Assembly (NCBI GenBank): GCA_963666285.1
Contig: OY762711.1
Length of the DNA: 64,000 nt
Origin: Sedimentisphaerales bacterium
GTDB lineage: Bacteria > Planctomycetota > Phycisphaerae > Sedimentisphaerales > SM23-30
Reading direction: 5' to 3' (one strand)
Shown here: positions 38,717 through 51,146 of the stretch, piece after piece
Layout of the letters: every line of letters begins with the position of its first letter
Numbering within the stretch: the first letter of the stretch is position 1
The notes under the pieces: generated by a model
What the model saw: only the letters and a program-made list of their open reading frames with translations
What the model was told of the DNA's origin: nothing
Databases searched by the model: none
Position numbers and translations under genes: made by a program

Positions 38717-40147
38717 CTATTTCTTATCTGCGAGATAGCTGCTGATAGCAGCGGCGGCCTGACGACCTTCCCAGATACAATGTACCACAAGGGAAGCACC
38801 ACGATTGGCATCACCGGCGGCAAATACGCCCGGCACACTGGACATATAATTAGCGTCCAGCTGGACATTACCGCGATTGTCAAGTTCAACGCCAAGGTCT
38901 TCGAGTAAACCGTTATGAACCGGATGGACAAAACCCATCGCCAGCAGAACAAGATCTACATCAAGTTCGAACTCGCTGCCCGGCACTTCGCTCATCTGGT
39001 AACGGCCATCGACCATTTCCCATTTAACTTCACAGCATACGGCTTTCTTAACTACGCCGCCTTTGCCGATAAGTTTTTTGGTATTGATGCACCAGCGACG
39101 CTGGCAGCCTTCCTTGTGTGAAGAACTGGTACGCATGATACGCGGCCAGTACGGCCACGGGTTAGAATTATCATCGCGTGCTTCCGGCGGCTGAGGCAAA
39201 ATTTCGCACTGGGTAACACTTTTGGCACCATGACGGATAGAGGTACCAACACAGTCGCTACCGGTATCACCACCACCGACAACCAGCACATTCTTGCCCT
39301 TGGCAGAAATGATCTGATCGGCTGGTATCTTATCGCCCAGGTTGATCTTAACCTGCTGGCCAAGAAGCTCAAGGGCAAAATGAACACCTTTCAGTTCACG
39401 GCCTTCGACGCCGAGGTCACGAGGCTGGCCGGCACCGATAGTAATACAAATCGCATCGAAATGGCTCTTCAGATAACTAACGGACAGGTCTTTACCAACA
39501 TTTATGCCGGTTTCAAATTTAACGCCTTCAGCTTCCATCTGCGCCAGTCTGCGGTCGATAACGCTCTTATCCAGTTTGAAGTTCGGGATACCATAGCGAA
39601 GCAGACCACCAATCCGGTCATCTTTTTCGTATACGGTAACATCATGCCCGGCACGAGCCAGCTGCTGAGCAGCCGCAAGACCGGCAGGACCTGAACCGAT
39701 AACAGCAACCTTTTTGCCGCTTTTAACTTCGGCCGGTTGAGGTACGATCCAGCCTTCTTCCCAGCCCTTCTCGGCGATCTGATTTTCGATATGACGGATC
39801 AATACCGCATCGTCGTTCAGGTTAAGGGTACAAGAAGCCTCGCAAAGAGCCGGGCAGATACGACCGGTAAACTCGGGGAAATTATTAGTAGCATGGAGAA
39901 TATCCAGTGCCTTTTTCCATTTACCCTGATAGATCATATCATTAAAGTCCGGGATATCATTGCAAAGAGTACAGCCCATCCCCTGGCAGAACGGTATGCC
40001 GCAATCCATACATCGAGCAGCCTGAGTTCTCAGGTCTTCTTCGGTAAGGTGAACTTCAATCTCATTGTAGTCTTTTACCCGGTCATCTACCGGGCGATAG
40101 CCTACTTCCTGTCTTTTATATTCTATAAATCCTGTAGGTTTAGCCAT
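38717..40147 (-). CDS. gltD: Glutamate synthase small subunit
   Basis: [37 protein letters not shown]. Confidence 0.97.
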   Translation of the reverse strand: MAKPTGFIEYKRQEVGYRPVDDRVKDYNEIEVHLTEEDLRTQAARCMDCGIPFCQGMGCTLCNDIPDFNDMIYQGKWKKALDILHATNNFPEFTGRICPALCEASCTLNLNDDAVLIRHIENQIAEKGWEEGWIVPQPAEVKSGKKVAVIGSGPAGLAAAQQLARAGHDVTVYEKDDRIGGLLRYGIPNFKLDKSVIDRRLAQMEAEGVKFETGINVGKDLSVSYLKSHFDAICITIGAGQPRDLGVEGRELKGVHFALELLGQQVKINLGDKIPADQIISAKGKNVLVVGGGDTGSDCVGTSIRHGAKSVTQCEILPQPPEARDDNSNPWPYWPRIMRTSSSHKEGCQRRWCINTKKLIGKGGVVKKAVCCEVKWEMVDGRYQMSEVPGSEFELDVDLVLLAMGFVHPVHNGLLEDLGVELDNRGNVQLDANYMSSVPGVFAAGDANRGASLVVHCIWEGRQAAAAISSYLADKK

Positions 40148-43100
40148 TGTTAAAAACCTCCTCCGTAGCTGGAGTTTGTTCTGTCAATCTAGATTCTTTT
40201 TCTTTCATTTGCTGAAGTGCCCTGCGATAATCGATAGGCATTACCTTAACAAACATTCCTACCGCTTCATCCCAGTTGTCCAGCAGCCGCTTAGCCTGCT
40301 TTGAACCGGTCCACTTATAATGTTTCTGAACAAGGTCCAGCAGAAGTTCCTTATCTTCATCGAGCCAGACGTTCTCAAGGTCAACCATGTCCAGGTTGCA
40401 AAGAGTATCGAACAGCTGATGTTCATCATATACATAAGCGATACCACCGCTCATACCGGCGGCAAAGTTTCGACCGGTTGTACCCAGTACAACAACCACA
40501 CCGTTTGTCATATATTCGCAGCCATGATCGCCGACACCTTCTACAACGGCACGGGCACCACTGTTACGAACACAGAAACGCTCACCGGCAAGACCATTGA
40601 TAAATACCTCGCCACCGGTCGCACCGTAGAGCAGGGTATTACCAACGATAATATTATTATGAGCTTCAAACGGACAGGCTTCAGGAGTCTTAACAACGAT
40701 ACGACCGCCAGAAAGCCCTTTACCCAGATAGTCATTAGCATCGCCAGTCAGGTTCAGGGTAACACCCGGACACAGCCAGGCACCAAAACTCTGTCCGGCG
40801 GAACCCTTGAGCTTAACTTCAAGAGTATTGTCCGGCAGGCCCTTGGCACCATGTTTCTTGACGATCAGGTTACTCATTATTGTACCAACTGTACGATAGA
40901 TGTTTTTGGTTTCCATCTCAACGACAGTCTTTTCTTTATTTTCAATCGCAGGTTTGGCCTGTTCGATGATCTTCCAGTCATAGCTTTGCTCCAGCGGATT
41001 TTCCTGCTTCTTGGAACAATACAGAGTCTCACCTTCATGAACTTCAGGCACCTTAAAGATCGCACTGAAGTCCAGGCCTTCTGCCTTCCAGTGGTCGATA
41101 GCCTTTTCACGGGCCAGGTACTGAACCTGTCCAACCATATCTTCAAACTTACGGAAGCCAAGCTGAGCCATAATCTCGCGAACTTCTTCTGCTACGAACA
41201 TCATGAAGTTCACCAGGTGGGCAGGATCGCCGTTGAATTTCTTACGCAGGCAATCAGTCTGAGTAGCAACACCAACCGGGCAGGTACCCAGATGACATTT
41301 ACGCATCATAACACAGCCAAGAGCGATAAGAGCCGTTGTACCGAAACCGAATCTTTCAGCACCGAGTAATGCCGCGATAACAACGTCGCGACCGGTCTTG
41401 AGCTGACCATCCGCCTGAACAATGATCCTGTCACGCAGGCCATTCAGCACTAATGTCTGCTGAGTTTCGGCCAGGCCAAGTTCCCAAGGCAGTCCGGCAT
41501 GCTTGATAGACGATAGCGGGCTAGCACCGGTACCACCGTCATAACCGGAGATAAGCACCTCATCGGAGTTTCCTTTACTAACACCGGCGGCAACAGTACC
41601 AACACCAACTTCTGATACCAGCTTAACCGAAACCTGGGCACCATTACCGGCACACTTCAGGTCATAGATCAGCTGGGCCAGGTCCTCAATAGAGTAAATA
41701 TCATGATGAGGAGGAGGTGAGATCAGAGTCACACCCGGAGTAGAGAAACGCAGTCTCGCGATCTCTTCAGAAACCTTGTGGCCGGGCAGCTGCCCGCCTT
41801 CACCGGGCTTGGCACCCTGAGCCATTTTGATCTGTATCATTTCAGCACGGGACAGGTAATCCATTGTAACGCCGAAACGACCGGACGCAACCTGCTTGAT
41901 ACGGCAGGAACGGTCATCACCGTTAGGATCAAGAGTATAACGGGCAGAGTCTTCGCCACCTTCACCGGTATTACTCCTGGCACCAATCCGGTTCATTGCG
42001 ATTGCCATTGACTCGTGAGCTTCCTTACTAATCGAGCCATGCGACATCGCACCGGTACAGAAACGTTTTACAATTTCGTTGGCCGGTTCAACTTCATCAA
42101 TAGAGACCGGGGTACCGGGGATGAACTCGAACATACCGCGAAGAGTACAGCGGCGTTCGGCCTGTCTATCTATAATAGCTGAATACTTTTTAAATGTGGC
42201 AAAGTCGTTATTACGAATCGCCTGATGGACCAGTGCTATCGCTTCAGGTGTCAGCAGATGCTGTTCACCGCTCTTGCGATAGTGATACTCGCCGCCATGT
42301 TCGAGATCCATCGCCCCGATTTTTTTAGGGGTAAACGCTTCGTCATGACGCTTGATAGCTTCAGCAGCTATCTGGCCGAGTCCGATACCTTCGATACGAG
42401 AAGCGGTACCGGTAAAGTATTCATCGATAACAGCTTTATTTATACCAACACATTCAAACAACTGTGCAGAATGATAACTGCGAAGGGTCGAGATACCCAT
42501 CTTCGACATAGTCTTGAGGATACCTTTCTTGATCGCAGCTATATAATTATCAACATAAACGGTATCTTCCTTATCAGCCGGCAGGTCACCTTCCTGTTTC
42601 AAAAGGTGCAGAGCTTCAAATGCCAGGTAAGGATTAACAGCATTGGCACCGTAACCGCACAGCAGGCAGAAGTGCATAACTTCTCTAGCTTCGGCTGTCT
42701 CGATTACCAGCCCGGCCTCACCACGCAAGCCCTTATTGAGCAAGCCATGGTTCAGAGCCGCAGTTGCCAGCAAAGACGGGATAGCAGCTTTTTCTTCATT
42801 GAAGCCCTTATCGCTTACAATAATCAGCGAAGCACCATCTTCGATAACCTTCTCGGCATCAGCGAGAAGTTTATCAAGGCCTTTCTTCAGAGCCTTGCCG
42901 GGGTCAGCTGCCTTGGCATCGAACAAAGCATCGATAGTAGCGACCTTAAAGTCTTCCCTGGTATTTGCCCTGAGCAGGTCCATATCATCACTAGTCAATA
43001 TCGGATGAGGGATCTTTAACTGTCGGCAATGTTCAGGAGATTCCGTCAGCAGGTTCTGCTGCTTACCGGTAAATGACATCAGGCTCATTACCAATCCTTC

Positions 43101-44696
43101 ACGCAGCGGATCGATCGGCGGGTTGGTTACCTGTGCGAACAATTGCTTGAAGTAGTTGAATAAAAGTTTAGGACGATTACTCAATACCGCCAGCGGGCTG
43201 TCATTACCCATTGAGCCGATAGGCTCCTGACCGTTAACCGCCATCGGCTTCATAAGAACGTTCAGCTCTTCGCGGTTATAACCAAAACCTCGCATCAGGC
43301 GAGTGGTTTCTTCCGGGGTGGCAGAACCAAGCTTTTTAGGCTGGAACATGCCGCGAAGTTCGATACGATTTTCTTCCAGCCATCTGCGGTAAGGCTGCTG
43401 GCGGGATATTTTACTCTTGATTTCATTATCAGTAATAACACGACCGGCTTCGGTATCAACCAGGAACATCTTACCGGGCTGCAGTCTGCCTTTACGCTGG
43501 ATCTGCTCATCGGGGAATTCCTTAACACCGATTTCACTGGCAAGCACCATAATGCCGTCGGTTGTGATTACATAACGACAAGGACGCAGACCGTTACGGT
43601 CGAGGGTACCGCCAACCAGGCGACCATCAGTGAATACCATCGCCGCCGGGCCATCCCATGGCTCCAGGACAGATGAATGATACTCATAGAAAGCACGTTT
43701 ATCTGTACTGATATGATACCTGGCACCAAACGCTTCAGGAACCATCATCATCATGGCATGCGGCATAGAACGACCGGCCTGTACCATAAGCTCAAGAGCA
43801 TTGTCAAAGGTAGCAGAGTCGCTGTCACCCTTGGTCAGAATCGGCTTGATAGCGTTGAGGTCAGCACCGAACAATTCGCTTTCAAAGCGTTTCTCGCGGG
43901 CACGCATACGGTTGAAGTTACCACTGAGGGTATTGATCTCACCGTTATGAGCCAGGCAGCGGAACGGCTGAGCCAGACGCCAGTTCGGGAAGGTATTGGT
44001 ACTGTATCGCTGATGAACCAGTGCCAGAGCGGTCATCATCCGTTCATCATGCAGCTCCGGATAGTAAGCGAACAGCTGAGGAGCGAGGAACATACCTTTA
44101 TAACAGATAGTCCTGCAGGACATACTGGTTATATAGAAATCTTCCGCTTCCTGACCGAAAGTCTTCTGCACTGCCAGCTCAGTTGCCCGTCGAGCAGTAA
44201 ACAGCTTGCGTTCAAACTCATCGCCGGTCATGCCGCAGCCATCGATAAACATCTGACGGATGCTCGGCTCGGCACTCTTGGCAATCTTGCCCAGGCATGA
44301 GCTGTCGCCCTCTACCTCGCGCCATCCCAGAACCTTCATGCCGTATTTCACTACGGTATCTTCCAGTTCCTTGTCACAGCGATGGCGTAATGCGGTATCT
44401 TTCGAGCCAAATACCATAGCCACGGCATATTTGCCCCGTTCCGGCAGATCAAACCTGACTTCTTCTTTGAAGAACTCATGAGGGATCTGGAACAGTATGC
44501 CGGCACCGTCACCGGTCAGGCCGTCACTACCGGCCGCACCGCGATGCTGGATATTCATTAGTATCTCGCTGCCGATTTGTATGATGTTGTGGTCTCGCTT
44601 ACCGGATATATTACATACCGCACCGGTACCACAGGCATCATGCTCTAACTGCGAGTTATACAAGCCAAATTCTTTGGGTTGTCGTCGCGAACTCAC
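40140..44696 (-). CDS. gltB: Glutamate synthase large subunit
   Basis: [28 protein letters not shown]; probable GTG start 44696 after AAGGAG. Confidence 0.97.
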   Translation of the reverse strand: MSSRRQPKEFGLYNSQLEHDACGTGAVCNISGKRDHNIIQIGSEILMNIQHRGAAGSDGLTGDGAGILFQIPHEFFKEEVRFDLPERGKYAVAMVFGSKDTALRHRCDKELEDTVVKYGMKVLGWREVEGDSSCLGKIAKSAEPSIRQMFIDGCGMTGDEFERKLFTARRATELAVQKTFGQEAEDFYITSMSCRTICYKGMFLAPQLFAYYPELHDERMMTALALVHQRYSTNTFPNWRLAQPFRCLAHNGEINTLSGNFNRMRAREKRFESELFGADLNAIKPILTKGDSDSATFDNALELMVQAGRSMPHAMMMMVPEAFGARYHISTDKRAFYEYHSSVLEPWDGPAAMVFTDGRLVGGTLDRNGLRPCRYVITTDGIMVLASEIGVKEFPDEQIQRKGRLQPGKMFLVDTEAGRVITDNEIKSKISRQQPYRRWLEENRIELRGMFQPKKLGSATPEETTRLMRGFGYNREELNVLMKPMAVNGQEPIGSMGNDSPLAVLSNRPKLLFNYFKQLFAQVTNPPIDPLREGLVMSLMSFTGKQQNLLTESPEHCRQLKIPHPILTSDDMDLLRANTREDFKVATIDALFDAKAADPGKALKKGLDKLLADAEKVIEDGASLIIVSDKGFNEEKAAIPSLLATAALNHGLLNKGLRGEAGLVIETAEAREVMHFCLLCGYGANAVNPYLAFEALHLLKQEGDLPADKEDTVYVDNYIAAIKKGILKTMSKMGISTLRSYHSAQLFECVGINKAVIDEYFTGTASRIEGIGLGQIAAEAIKRHDEAFTPKKIGAMDLEHGGEYHYRKSGEQHLLTPEAIALVHQAIRNNDFATFKKYSAIIDRQAERRCTLRGMFEFIPGTPVSIDEVEPANEIVKRFCTGAMSHGSISKEAHESMAIAMNRIGARSNTGEGGEDSARYTLDPNGDDRSCRIKQVASGRFGVTMDYLSRAEMIQIKMAQGAKPGEGGQLPGHKVSEEIARLRFSTPGVTLISPPPHHDIYSIEDLAQLIYDLKCAGNGAQVSVKLVSEVGVGTVAAGVSKGNSDEVLISGYDGGTGASPLSSIKHAGLPWELGLAETQQTLVLNGLRDRIIVQADGQLKTGRDVVIAALLGAERFGFGTTALIALGCVMMRKCHLGTCPVGVATQTDCLRKKFNGDPAHLVNFMMFVAEEVREIMAQLGFRKFEDMVGQVQYLAREKAIDHWKAEGLDFSAIFKVPEVHEGETLYCSKKQENPLEQSYDWKIIEQAKPAIENKEKTVVEMETKNIYRTVGTIMSNLIVKKHGAKGLPDNTLEVKLKGSAGQSFGAWLCPGVTLNLTGDANDYLGKGLSGGRIVVKTPEACPFEAHNNIIVGNTLLYGATGGEVFINGLAGERFCVRNSGARAVVEGVGDHGCEYMTNGVVVVLGTTGRNFAAGMSGGIAYVYDEHQLFDTLCNLDMVDLENVWLDEDKELLLDLVQKHYKWTGSKQAKRLLDNWDEAVGMFVKVMPIDYRRALQQMKEKESRLTEQTPATEEVFNNG

Positions 44697-45229
44697 TGGA
44701 TTGTCTCCTTGTGTTAACTTCAAGCCATTATAATTATAGTCTCGCCGGAGTACCCTTCGCTTTTCAGCGAAAGTGGCGGAACATTATTCTACCGATCCTT
44801 CAGCAACTAATGCCACTGTCTCCCTACATTTTTTCCTGCTATGAAACCACTCTCCGAGACATACAAGTCCTGTCTCTTTAAGTATATACATACAGTCCAA
44901 CTATTATACCACCGTTACTAAACCTGTAAAGCGACATTTATGTAAGAAATCACATCTTTGTAACTATTATGCTCTTAATTTATTCAAAAATCCCAAGTTA
45001 GAGCGACTATTTTTTCAACTTTTCTCAAAAAATTCTCGAAAAAAGATCAAAAACGACAAAAAAGTCTCGATTTTTTCAGACCTCATTTTTTCAATTCTAC
45101 AGAAAAGTGATCTAAATAATGGGCGTATTTCTCTGGATATATTATTCCGAAACTATATGATATAAAATGTCGGTTTTGGGCCGGATATATGTGATAGTTT
45201 CTAACATAATCGTAAATGGAGAATCTGTA

Positions 45230-48148
45230 ATGGAACCGTTATTATATTTTGCCGGGATATTTATATTTCTAAAGGTAGCTCAAATCGCTGCTACTGCCAA
45301 CAATCTCAGAAACATAAGGTTTAAATATGGAGATAGCAATGTAATAGAAGTTGATACTGTTCCAGAACATATCAGGCACTTTTTTGAGCAGCAAGCAAAA
45401 CAAATTACAAATCTAGGCTTTAATTTTTCTCACTGCCAGCTAGCAGATGAACCGGTATCTTCTGATTATTCCAAAGTATATGAATTTATCTATTTTCATC
45501 CGGAACATAACAGCTATGCCAACCTGGTTCAACATGAAGCGCCAGATAAAATAAGTCCCATAAAGTATGAGTTCAGCACAATATTGGATGATAATTCAAT
45601 TATCACCACCTTAAATGGAATACTGCATTGTTCGTTTAATACTCCTAACGTTCAATACTATGACCATTATGTCGATTCAGTTGAAAAACAATTCCAGCTT
45701 CATATTAAAAATGTATCAGCCAATATCGGTAGCAGAAAGACAACCGTACTACTTCCGGAAGATTATGCCAAGCTTGAAAAACATCAAATGGCAAAATATA
45801 TTGACCAGTCCATAGCCAACGGCGAGCTAAAACCGGCACACGAAGAAAATACATATAAAATGAGTTTTATCTTTTCTTTAAGATTCGCGAGCAAAATGAT
45901 TTCCGGAATGCCAAAATCAACCAAACGTCATAATGCAGTTAAAGCTCAGGCCAAAAAACAAAATATAGTTTTGCAGGACGTCCCGGTTGAACTGGAAGTC
46001 GAAGCATTCCAAAAAAATAAACAAATCACAGAAGCTAAAAAAGGGGGATTCGTTCCTAATCTTATCATATTTATTATTAGTATGCTGGCCTTTATGATAT
46101 CATTCAGGGTGAGCTTGTCACTGGCAATTATCCTCCAAATGGTAGTTGTATTATTCATCCATGAGCTTGGCCATTATATAGCCATGTATATATTCAAATA
46201 TCAAGACCTGAAGGTTATGTTTATACCATTTCTGGGCGCCGCAACAATCGGTCAGGGTCATAATAAAACATCTGCTCTACAAAAAGTTATTGTTTACCTT
46301 ATGGGTCCGGCGCCAGGTATTATCATAGCAACTGTTCTATTGATATTTTTCCAGGATAAAGCACCTTTTATCAGGGAATTTGCAATTATGATGCTGACCC
46401 TGAATTATATTAACCTTTTACCAATTCTTCCACTGGACGGCGGCAGACTGTTTGAACTGGCTTTATTTTCCAAGTACAGATTTTTGAAAACAGGATTTAT
46501 TGCAATAAGTATCCTACTACTGGCAGCCGGAGCTGTTGTAGCGAATACCCCTATTTTATGGTTTCTGCCTATTGCCCTGCTGGTAAACCTGATATCACAA
46601 ATGAAAAACGGTAAGATAATATCAGAAATAAACAAACAAGTTGAAAATGAAAACCTCGAAAATAGTGATAATGTTCTGCTGCCAAGAATATTTAAGGCTT
46701 TACAAAAAGAACCTTTCAGTGAGATGAAATATACCCAAAAAAGCGGTATTGTAAAGAATATCCTAGCTGCCATAGCAATAAAAAAAGTGTCACTAGGAGA
46801 ATCTATCCTGGCGTTAATACTCTACGGTGCAGTTTTCATTTCTCCATTTGTTATAATTATTATTGCCGGTTTTACCATGGGACTCTCTGGAATATACTCA
46901 AATAACTCTTCCGGTGTTTATTCCATTTCCCCTTCTCCAAACAAGGAAATGTTCATCGTCAACGGTAGCCATAATGCATTCAGTCAATATAATTATATAC
47001 TTGACAGAGAAGGTAACAAAATAATGGATCTTGATAGAAATGCAGTTTTTAACAACTATCTTTGCTGGTCACCTAACCCAGATTCTAAGTTTATAGCTTT
47101 TTCATATCCCAAAAAAGGAAATCTGTTTTCATCAGAAAGCTCCGCTATAACCAGAGAGCCCCTTGTATTGCTTGACATGGAAACCAGTAAACAAATAACG
47201 ATTACAAACAATGCCATCTCGCAAGATTGTGGTTTTAACTACAAATATTGGGATAAACAAGGCAACTACCTGCTTGGTATCACCTTTGAAAAAGAAACAC
47301 CATGGCAAATAAAAGATCTGTTCCGTCATGAAATCGCCAGCAACACAATCAACAGTATTGATATTAGTGAACTGAACTGTACTACATATGCAGATATGAA
47401 TTTTACCGACCGCGATAAAGTAATATTAACTGTAGATCAAGACGATTATGATTCTATCAGCATGGAATTTGCATCTGTTAATATTGGAACTAAAGAGATA
47501 AAGAGGTATAAATACGAAGACGCAATCCAATGCAAACTTTCAAACGATGGTAAAACTGTTTATCTCCTGGATAAGATATTTGAAAACAATATCGTAAAAT
47601 ACCAAATTGCAAAATCTGAGCTGGATGATTCTAACCGATCTGAAACTGTGATAATCGACTCCAGCCACTTCCCTCAATTCAGCTTTGAAGATGCAGCACG
47701 GGGAAAAGAGCTAGACATATATTTTGAGCTATCACCCAAAGAAAACTGGCTCTGGTTTGAACTTGATAATTCAGAGGAAAAGACCGCTACACACATTTTC
47801 AATTTAAAAAATGAAGCAAATTGTATTCTTTGCGAACAAAACAGCAATTATTATTCCAACTTGTATTTCTCAGACACAGAAGATAAGATCCTGTTTAACT
47901 GTTACACCTTTGACTATGACGATACTGAAAACAATGAAGACCTCGTCTATCTATTTGATATGAAACAAGAACCCCCTGTCAGAACTATACTAAGTGAAAG
48001 TCTGGCCAAATGCGACAGCTTTGAATTCATCAATAACAGCCAGATATTGCACATTAAAGACATTCCAGGCGAAACAGAAAAAGATACAACCAGGGAATTA
48101 TGGCTATACGATATTGAAACAGAAGTGAATGAACCTTTTGAAAACTAG
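45230..48148 (+). CDS. M50 (site-2) membrane metalloprotease with C-terminal propeller-like domain
   Basis: HELGH, NLLPILPLDGG, multiple TM; GGAG before ATG 45230. Confidence 0.88.
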   Translation: MEPLLYFAGIFIFLKVAQIAATANNLRNIRFKYGDSNVIEVDTVPEHIRHFFEQQAKQITNLGFNFSHCQLADEPVSSDYSKVYEFIYFHPEHNSYANLVQHEAPDKISPIKYEFSTILDDNSIITTLNGILHCSFNTPNVQYYDHYVDSVEKQFQLHIKNVSANIGSRKTTVLLPEDYAKLEKHQMAKYIDQSIANGELKPAHEENTYKMSFIFSLRFASKMISGMPKSTKRHNAVKAQAKKQNIVLQDVPVELEVEAFQKNKQITEAKKGGFVPNLIIFIISMLAFMISFRVSLSLAIILQMVVVLFIHELGHYIAMYIFKYQDLKVMFIPFLGAATIGQGHNKTSALQKVIVYLMGPAPGIIIATVLLIFFQDKAPFIREFAIMMLTLNYINLLPILPLDGGRLFELALFSKYRFLKTGFIAISILLLAAGAVVANTPILWFLPIALLVNLISQMKNGKIISEINKQVENENLENSDNVLLPRIFKALQKEPFSEMKYTQKSGIVKNILAAIAIKKVSLGESILALILYGAVFISPFVIIIIAGFTMGLSGIYSNNSSGVYSISPSPNKEMFIVNGSHNAFSQYNYILDREGNKIMDLDRNAVFNNYLCWSPNPDSKFIAFSYPKKGNLFSSESSAITREPLVLLDMETSKQITITNNAISQDCGFNYKYWDKQGNYLLGITFEKETPWQIKDLFRHEIASNTINSIDISELNCTTYADMNFTDRDKVILTVDQDDYDSISMEFASVNIGTKEIKRYKYEDAIQCKLSNDGKTVYLLDKIFENNIVKYQIAKSELDDSNRSETVIIDSSHFPQFSFEDAARGKELDIYFELSPKENWLWFELDNSEEKTATHIFNLKNEANCILCEQNSNYYSNLYFSDTEDKILFNCYTFDYDDTENNEDLVYLFDMKQEPPVRTILSESLAKCDSFEFINNSQILHIKDIPGETEKDTTRELWLYDIETEVNEPFEN

Positions 48149-48264
48149 TTCAATATTGATGTATATAGAATAGCAACCACCAATTTACCCGGTAAGTTTA
48201 GTAAGCTCATTAATAACCCCTACGGCTAAAGCCGTATGTTACTTAAAATTGGAACCGGGAATAA

Positions 48265-50748
48265 TCAGTCGGCCGGCAGCCAAACAGAAACGGTTGTACC
48301 TTTACCTACTTCGCTATCGATATCAATTTTGCCGTTATGTCTTTCGACGATAATCATATGGACGATATCCATGCCAAGACCGATTCCCTCGCCGGCAGGT
48401 TTGGTGGTAAATAAAGGTTCGAAAATCCTGGCCTGAATTTCCGGCGACATGCCGTAGCCCTGATCGATAACTTTGACAAGCACCCCATTATTATGGGCTT
48501 TTACGTCGATTCTGACTTTGCCGCTGTTATTCATGGCATGGATTGCATTTTGAATAATGTTTGTCCATACCTGGTTGAGCTGATCGGGATAGCAAGGAAT
48601 TTGAGGTAGATTTTCCTCGCATGTAATTTCCAACTCAACAAAGAACTTAAAGGTATTTTGAAATAACTGCAGTACTATCTCTATACCTTGTCTAATATCG
48701 GAAACAACCTTATTTTGCGTATCACCTTCTTTGCGAGTATAGCTGCGCAGGGCATTGACAATCTTTGAAGACTTATCAACAGCGGTTTTAATTGTATTGC
48801 AGGCAACATAGGAATCCAAAACGCTTTTAATAACACTCAGTTTATCGATAATATCATTCTGTCGAAGAAGAGGTAAAAAGTGATCCATCTTATCACATAC
48901 ATTAAACTCAACCAACACTGTTCCGATTTCATCGGCATTGTCAATACGGTTTTCTTTCAATCGAGCAATAATATCAGAGCGAACTTTCCGCTTTTCACTG
49001 AAACTCATTGTATTATTAATAGTGCTGCTATCCATTAATTCCGAAAGTAAATTTCCGTCAGTTTCGTTCAGCCACCGAGAAATATCGGTAATATGACTTA
49101 CCAGCAATTTTATGCCTTTTTCCAACAGTTCGCGAGAAGAATCAATCGCTCCCAGCGGATTGTTAATTTCATGTGCAATACCGGAGATAAGATGGCGTAA
49201 AACAGTCATCTTTTCAAATAATATAAGCTGGCTCTGGGTCTCCTGCAATCTAAAAATAGCTTCTTCCAGATCGGCGTTTTTCTTTTTGAGTTCCTCGGTA
49301 CGCTGCTGCACCCTTTGTTCCAGTTCGGCATTCAATCTACTGATCTTTTCCTCAGCCTGCTTACGCTCGGTAATATCCTGAGCAGCACCAAAAAGACCAA
49401 CAATTTTCCCTTTAGAATCAAATTCAGCTTTGCCATAAACCCACATCCAACCCTTACCACCTTCATTTCGAACGGTTTCAAGCTCTAGTTCATACGGCAC
49501 CCCTGTTCTAGCAGTGTTATCCAATGTAGATGTCAACCTTTCCCAGCTATCAGGAGTAAACAGTTTTTTGTGCTCAGGATACGGCGGCGGCGGTTTGGTC
49601 GGGTCAAAACCATACATTTTATATAGTTCCTCTGACCATACCACTTCGTTACTGGCAATATTCAGATGCCAGCTGCCGACATGAGCGATACGCTGCGACT
49701 CTCTCAGGTCTTCTTCACTTTCCTTTAAAGCTTTTTCAGTCAGTATTCGCTCGGTGATATCTAAAAATATAGTAGCAAACCTTCCCGGTTCAGGCGAATA
49801 TGCTGTAACATGGAAATATTTATCCAGTACTTTACTGTAATTTTCAAAATTAATACCCTTGCCGGTAATGACAACTTCACCATAGGTATCAATCCAGTGT
49901 TGTTCGCCGCCCGGCAGCGCCTCTCTGAAGGTTTTGCCGATCAAATTATCTGCTTTTAGACCCGTAAGCACTTCAAAGGCTGGGTTAACTTCCAGAAACC
50001 TGAAGTCGCAAGGCTTCCCTTCATCATCTAATATAATTTCATGCAGGGCAAACCCGGTCGAAAGATTACGGAATAGCAACCGATATGTTTCTTCACTTTT
50101 CAGAGCTTTTTTCCTGGCCGTGGTAAGCTCCGCATTAATTTCAACATATTTTCTATTCAGTCTCTCATATTCTTCATTGATCCTTTTCAGATTCTGCTTT
50201 TCTACCTCTTTTTGCCTGTTCTGCTCAAGAGCTACAAGATTTTCCAGACCGATATTACCTACAATTTCAGTTAATTGGACCAGAAATGAAATATAAGACT
50301 TTATCTGCTCCTCGGAAAAGACAGGAACTTTTGCCAGGTCATCCAGGTATGCCTTTTCATCGAAATTATATTTTTTCGCCTGGTTCCGAAAATATTCAAT
50401 ATCCGGCTCTTCGGTAAAAAATTGACCTGTGAAGAAATTTCCAATGTGATTATTACCGACAACAATCGGCATTGCAACATCCATCAGCCCGTTTTTGCAT
50501 TTATAGACATTATACTTTGAACCGCTCTTTAGATGACCGGCAAGAACAGTATCGCTTTCGGTACATAATTTCGATGTTTCAGGGTGTACCCGGTGGAATT
50601 TCGTACAGATCGGCTGCCAGCCGGTAGCAACATGGACATTGCCCTCAAGGTCAAGAATTGCAGTTACCACACCTGTAATATTAGTAAAACTTTCACATAA
50701 CTCATGCAATTCTTCTATATTATAAATATCGGTCAGATGATATTTCAT
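48265..50748 (-). CDS. Cytoplasmic histidine kinase, PocR-PAS-PAS
   Basis: CTKFHR..C..SD..YKCKNGL PocR domain; AHEINNPL; NIIQNA, DQGYG, FTTK, GIGLG. Confidence 0.92.
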   Translation of the reverse strand: MKYHLTDIYNIEELHELCESFTNITGVVTAILDLEGNVHVATGWQPICTKFHRVHPETSKLCTESDTVLAGHLKSGSKYNVYKCKNGLMDVAMPIVVGNNHIGNFFTGQFFTEEPDIEYFRNQAKKYNFDEKAYLDDLAKVPVFSEEQIKSYISFLVQLTEIVGNIGLENLVALEQNRQKEVEKQNLKRINEEYERLNRKYVEINAELTTARKKALKSEETYRLLFRNLSTGFALHEIILDDEGKPCDFRFLEVNPAFEVLTGLKADNLIGKTFREALPGGEQHWIDTYGEVVITGKGINFENYSKVLDKYFHVTAYSPEPGRFATIFLDITERILTEKALKESEEDLRESQRIAHVGSWHLNIASNEVVWSEELYKMYGFDPTKPPPPYPEHKKLFTPDSWERLTSTLDNTARTGVPYELELETVRNEGGKGWMWVYGKAEFDSKGKIVGLFGAAQDITERKQAEEKISRLNAELEQRVQQRTEELKKKNADLEEAIFRLQETQSQLILFEKMTVLRHLISGIAHEINNPLGAIDSSRELLEKGIKLLVSHITDISRWLNETDGNLLSELMDSSTINNTMSFSEKRKVRSDIIARLKENRIDNADEIGTVLVEFNVCDKMDHFLPLLRQNDIIDKLSVIKSVLDSYVACNTIKTAVDKSSKIVNALRSYTRKEGDTQNKVVSDIRQGIEIVLQLFQNTFKFFVELEITCEENLPQIPCYPDQLNQVWTNIIQNAIHAMNNSGKVRIDVKAHNNGVLVKVIDQGYGMSPEIQARIFEPLFTTKPAGEGIGLGMDIVHMIIVERHNGKIDIDSEVGKGTTVSVWLPAD

Positions 50749-51146
50749 ATTATCCCTATTGTTTGAAAGACACAAATGCATAAATTACCTAATTAGTTAC
50801 AAATAAGAAACTTAAGAGCCGATTAGCCACACAGCCTCAAACAAAACATACCATATATATATATATTATCGACTTATATATGACAGAATATAAATAAATT
50901 ACATCCATAATGAAGAACTCACTAAACAGACATATTAGCATAAAAACTGAAATTTAACACTGAAATACTAAAATCAATAACCGATTTCATATTATTGATA
51001 TCGTAATCGGTAAATATTGGAATTTTATTGGACGATTACCAGAGCATTTTACTGGATATAGCCGGACCAAAACTATATCATTTAGGATGTCGGTTTTGGG
51101 CCGGAAGAATATAGGAAATTCAATATTAACTCGAGAAGGATTTAAC

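Noticed and set aside
39230..44300. Long antisense ORFs within gltB/gltD (up to 349 aa), and similar ones in mnmA and murF
   Set aside because: Shadow frames from codon bias of conserved genes
44740..44880. Glycine riboswitch (GGAGAG..GAAGG on minus strand)
   Set aside because: Lacks the CUCUCAGG-type core and expected pairing
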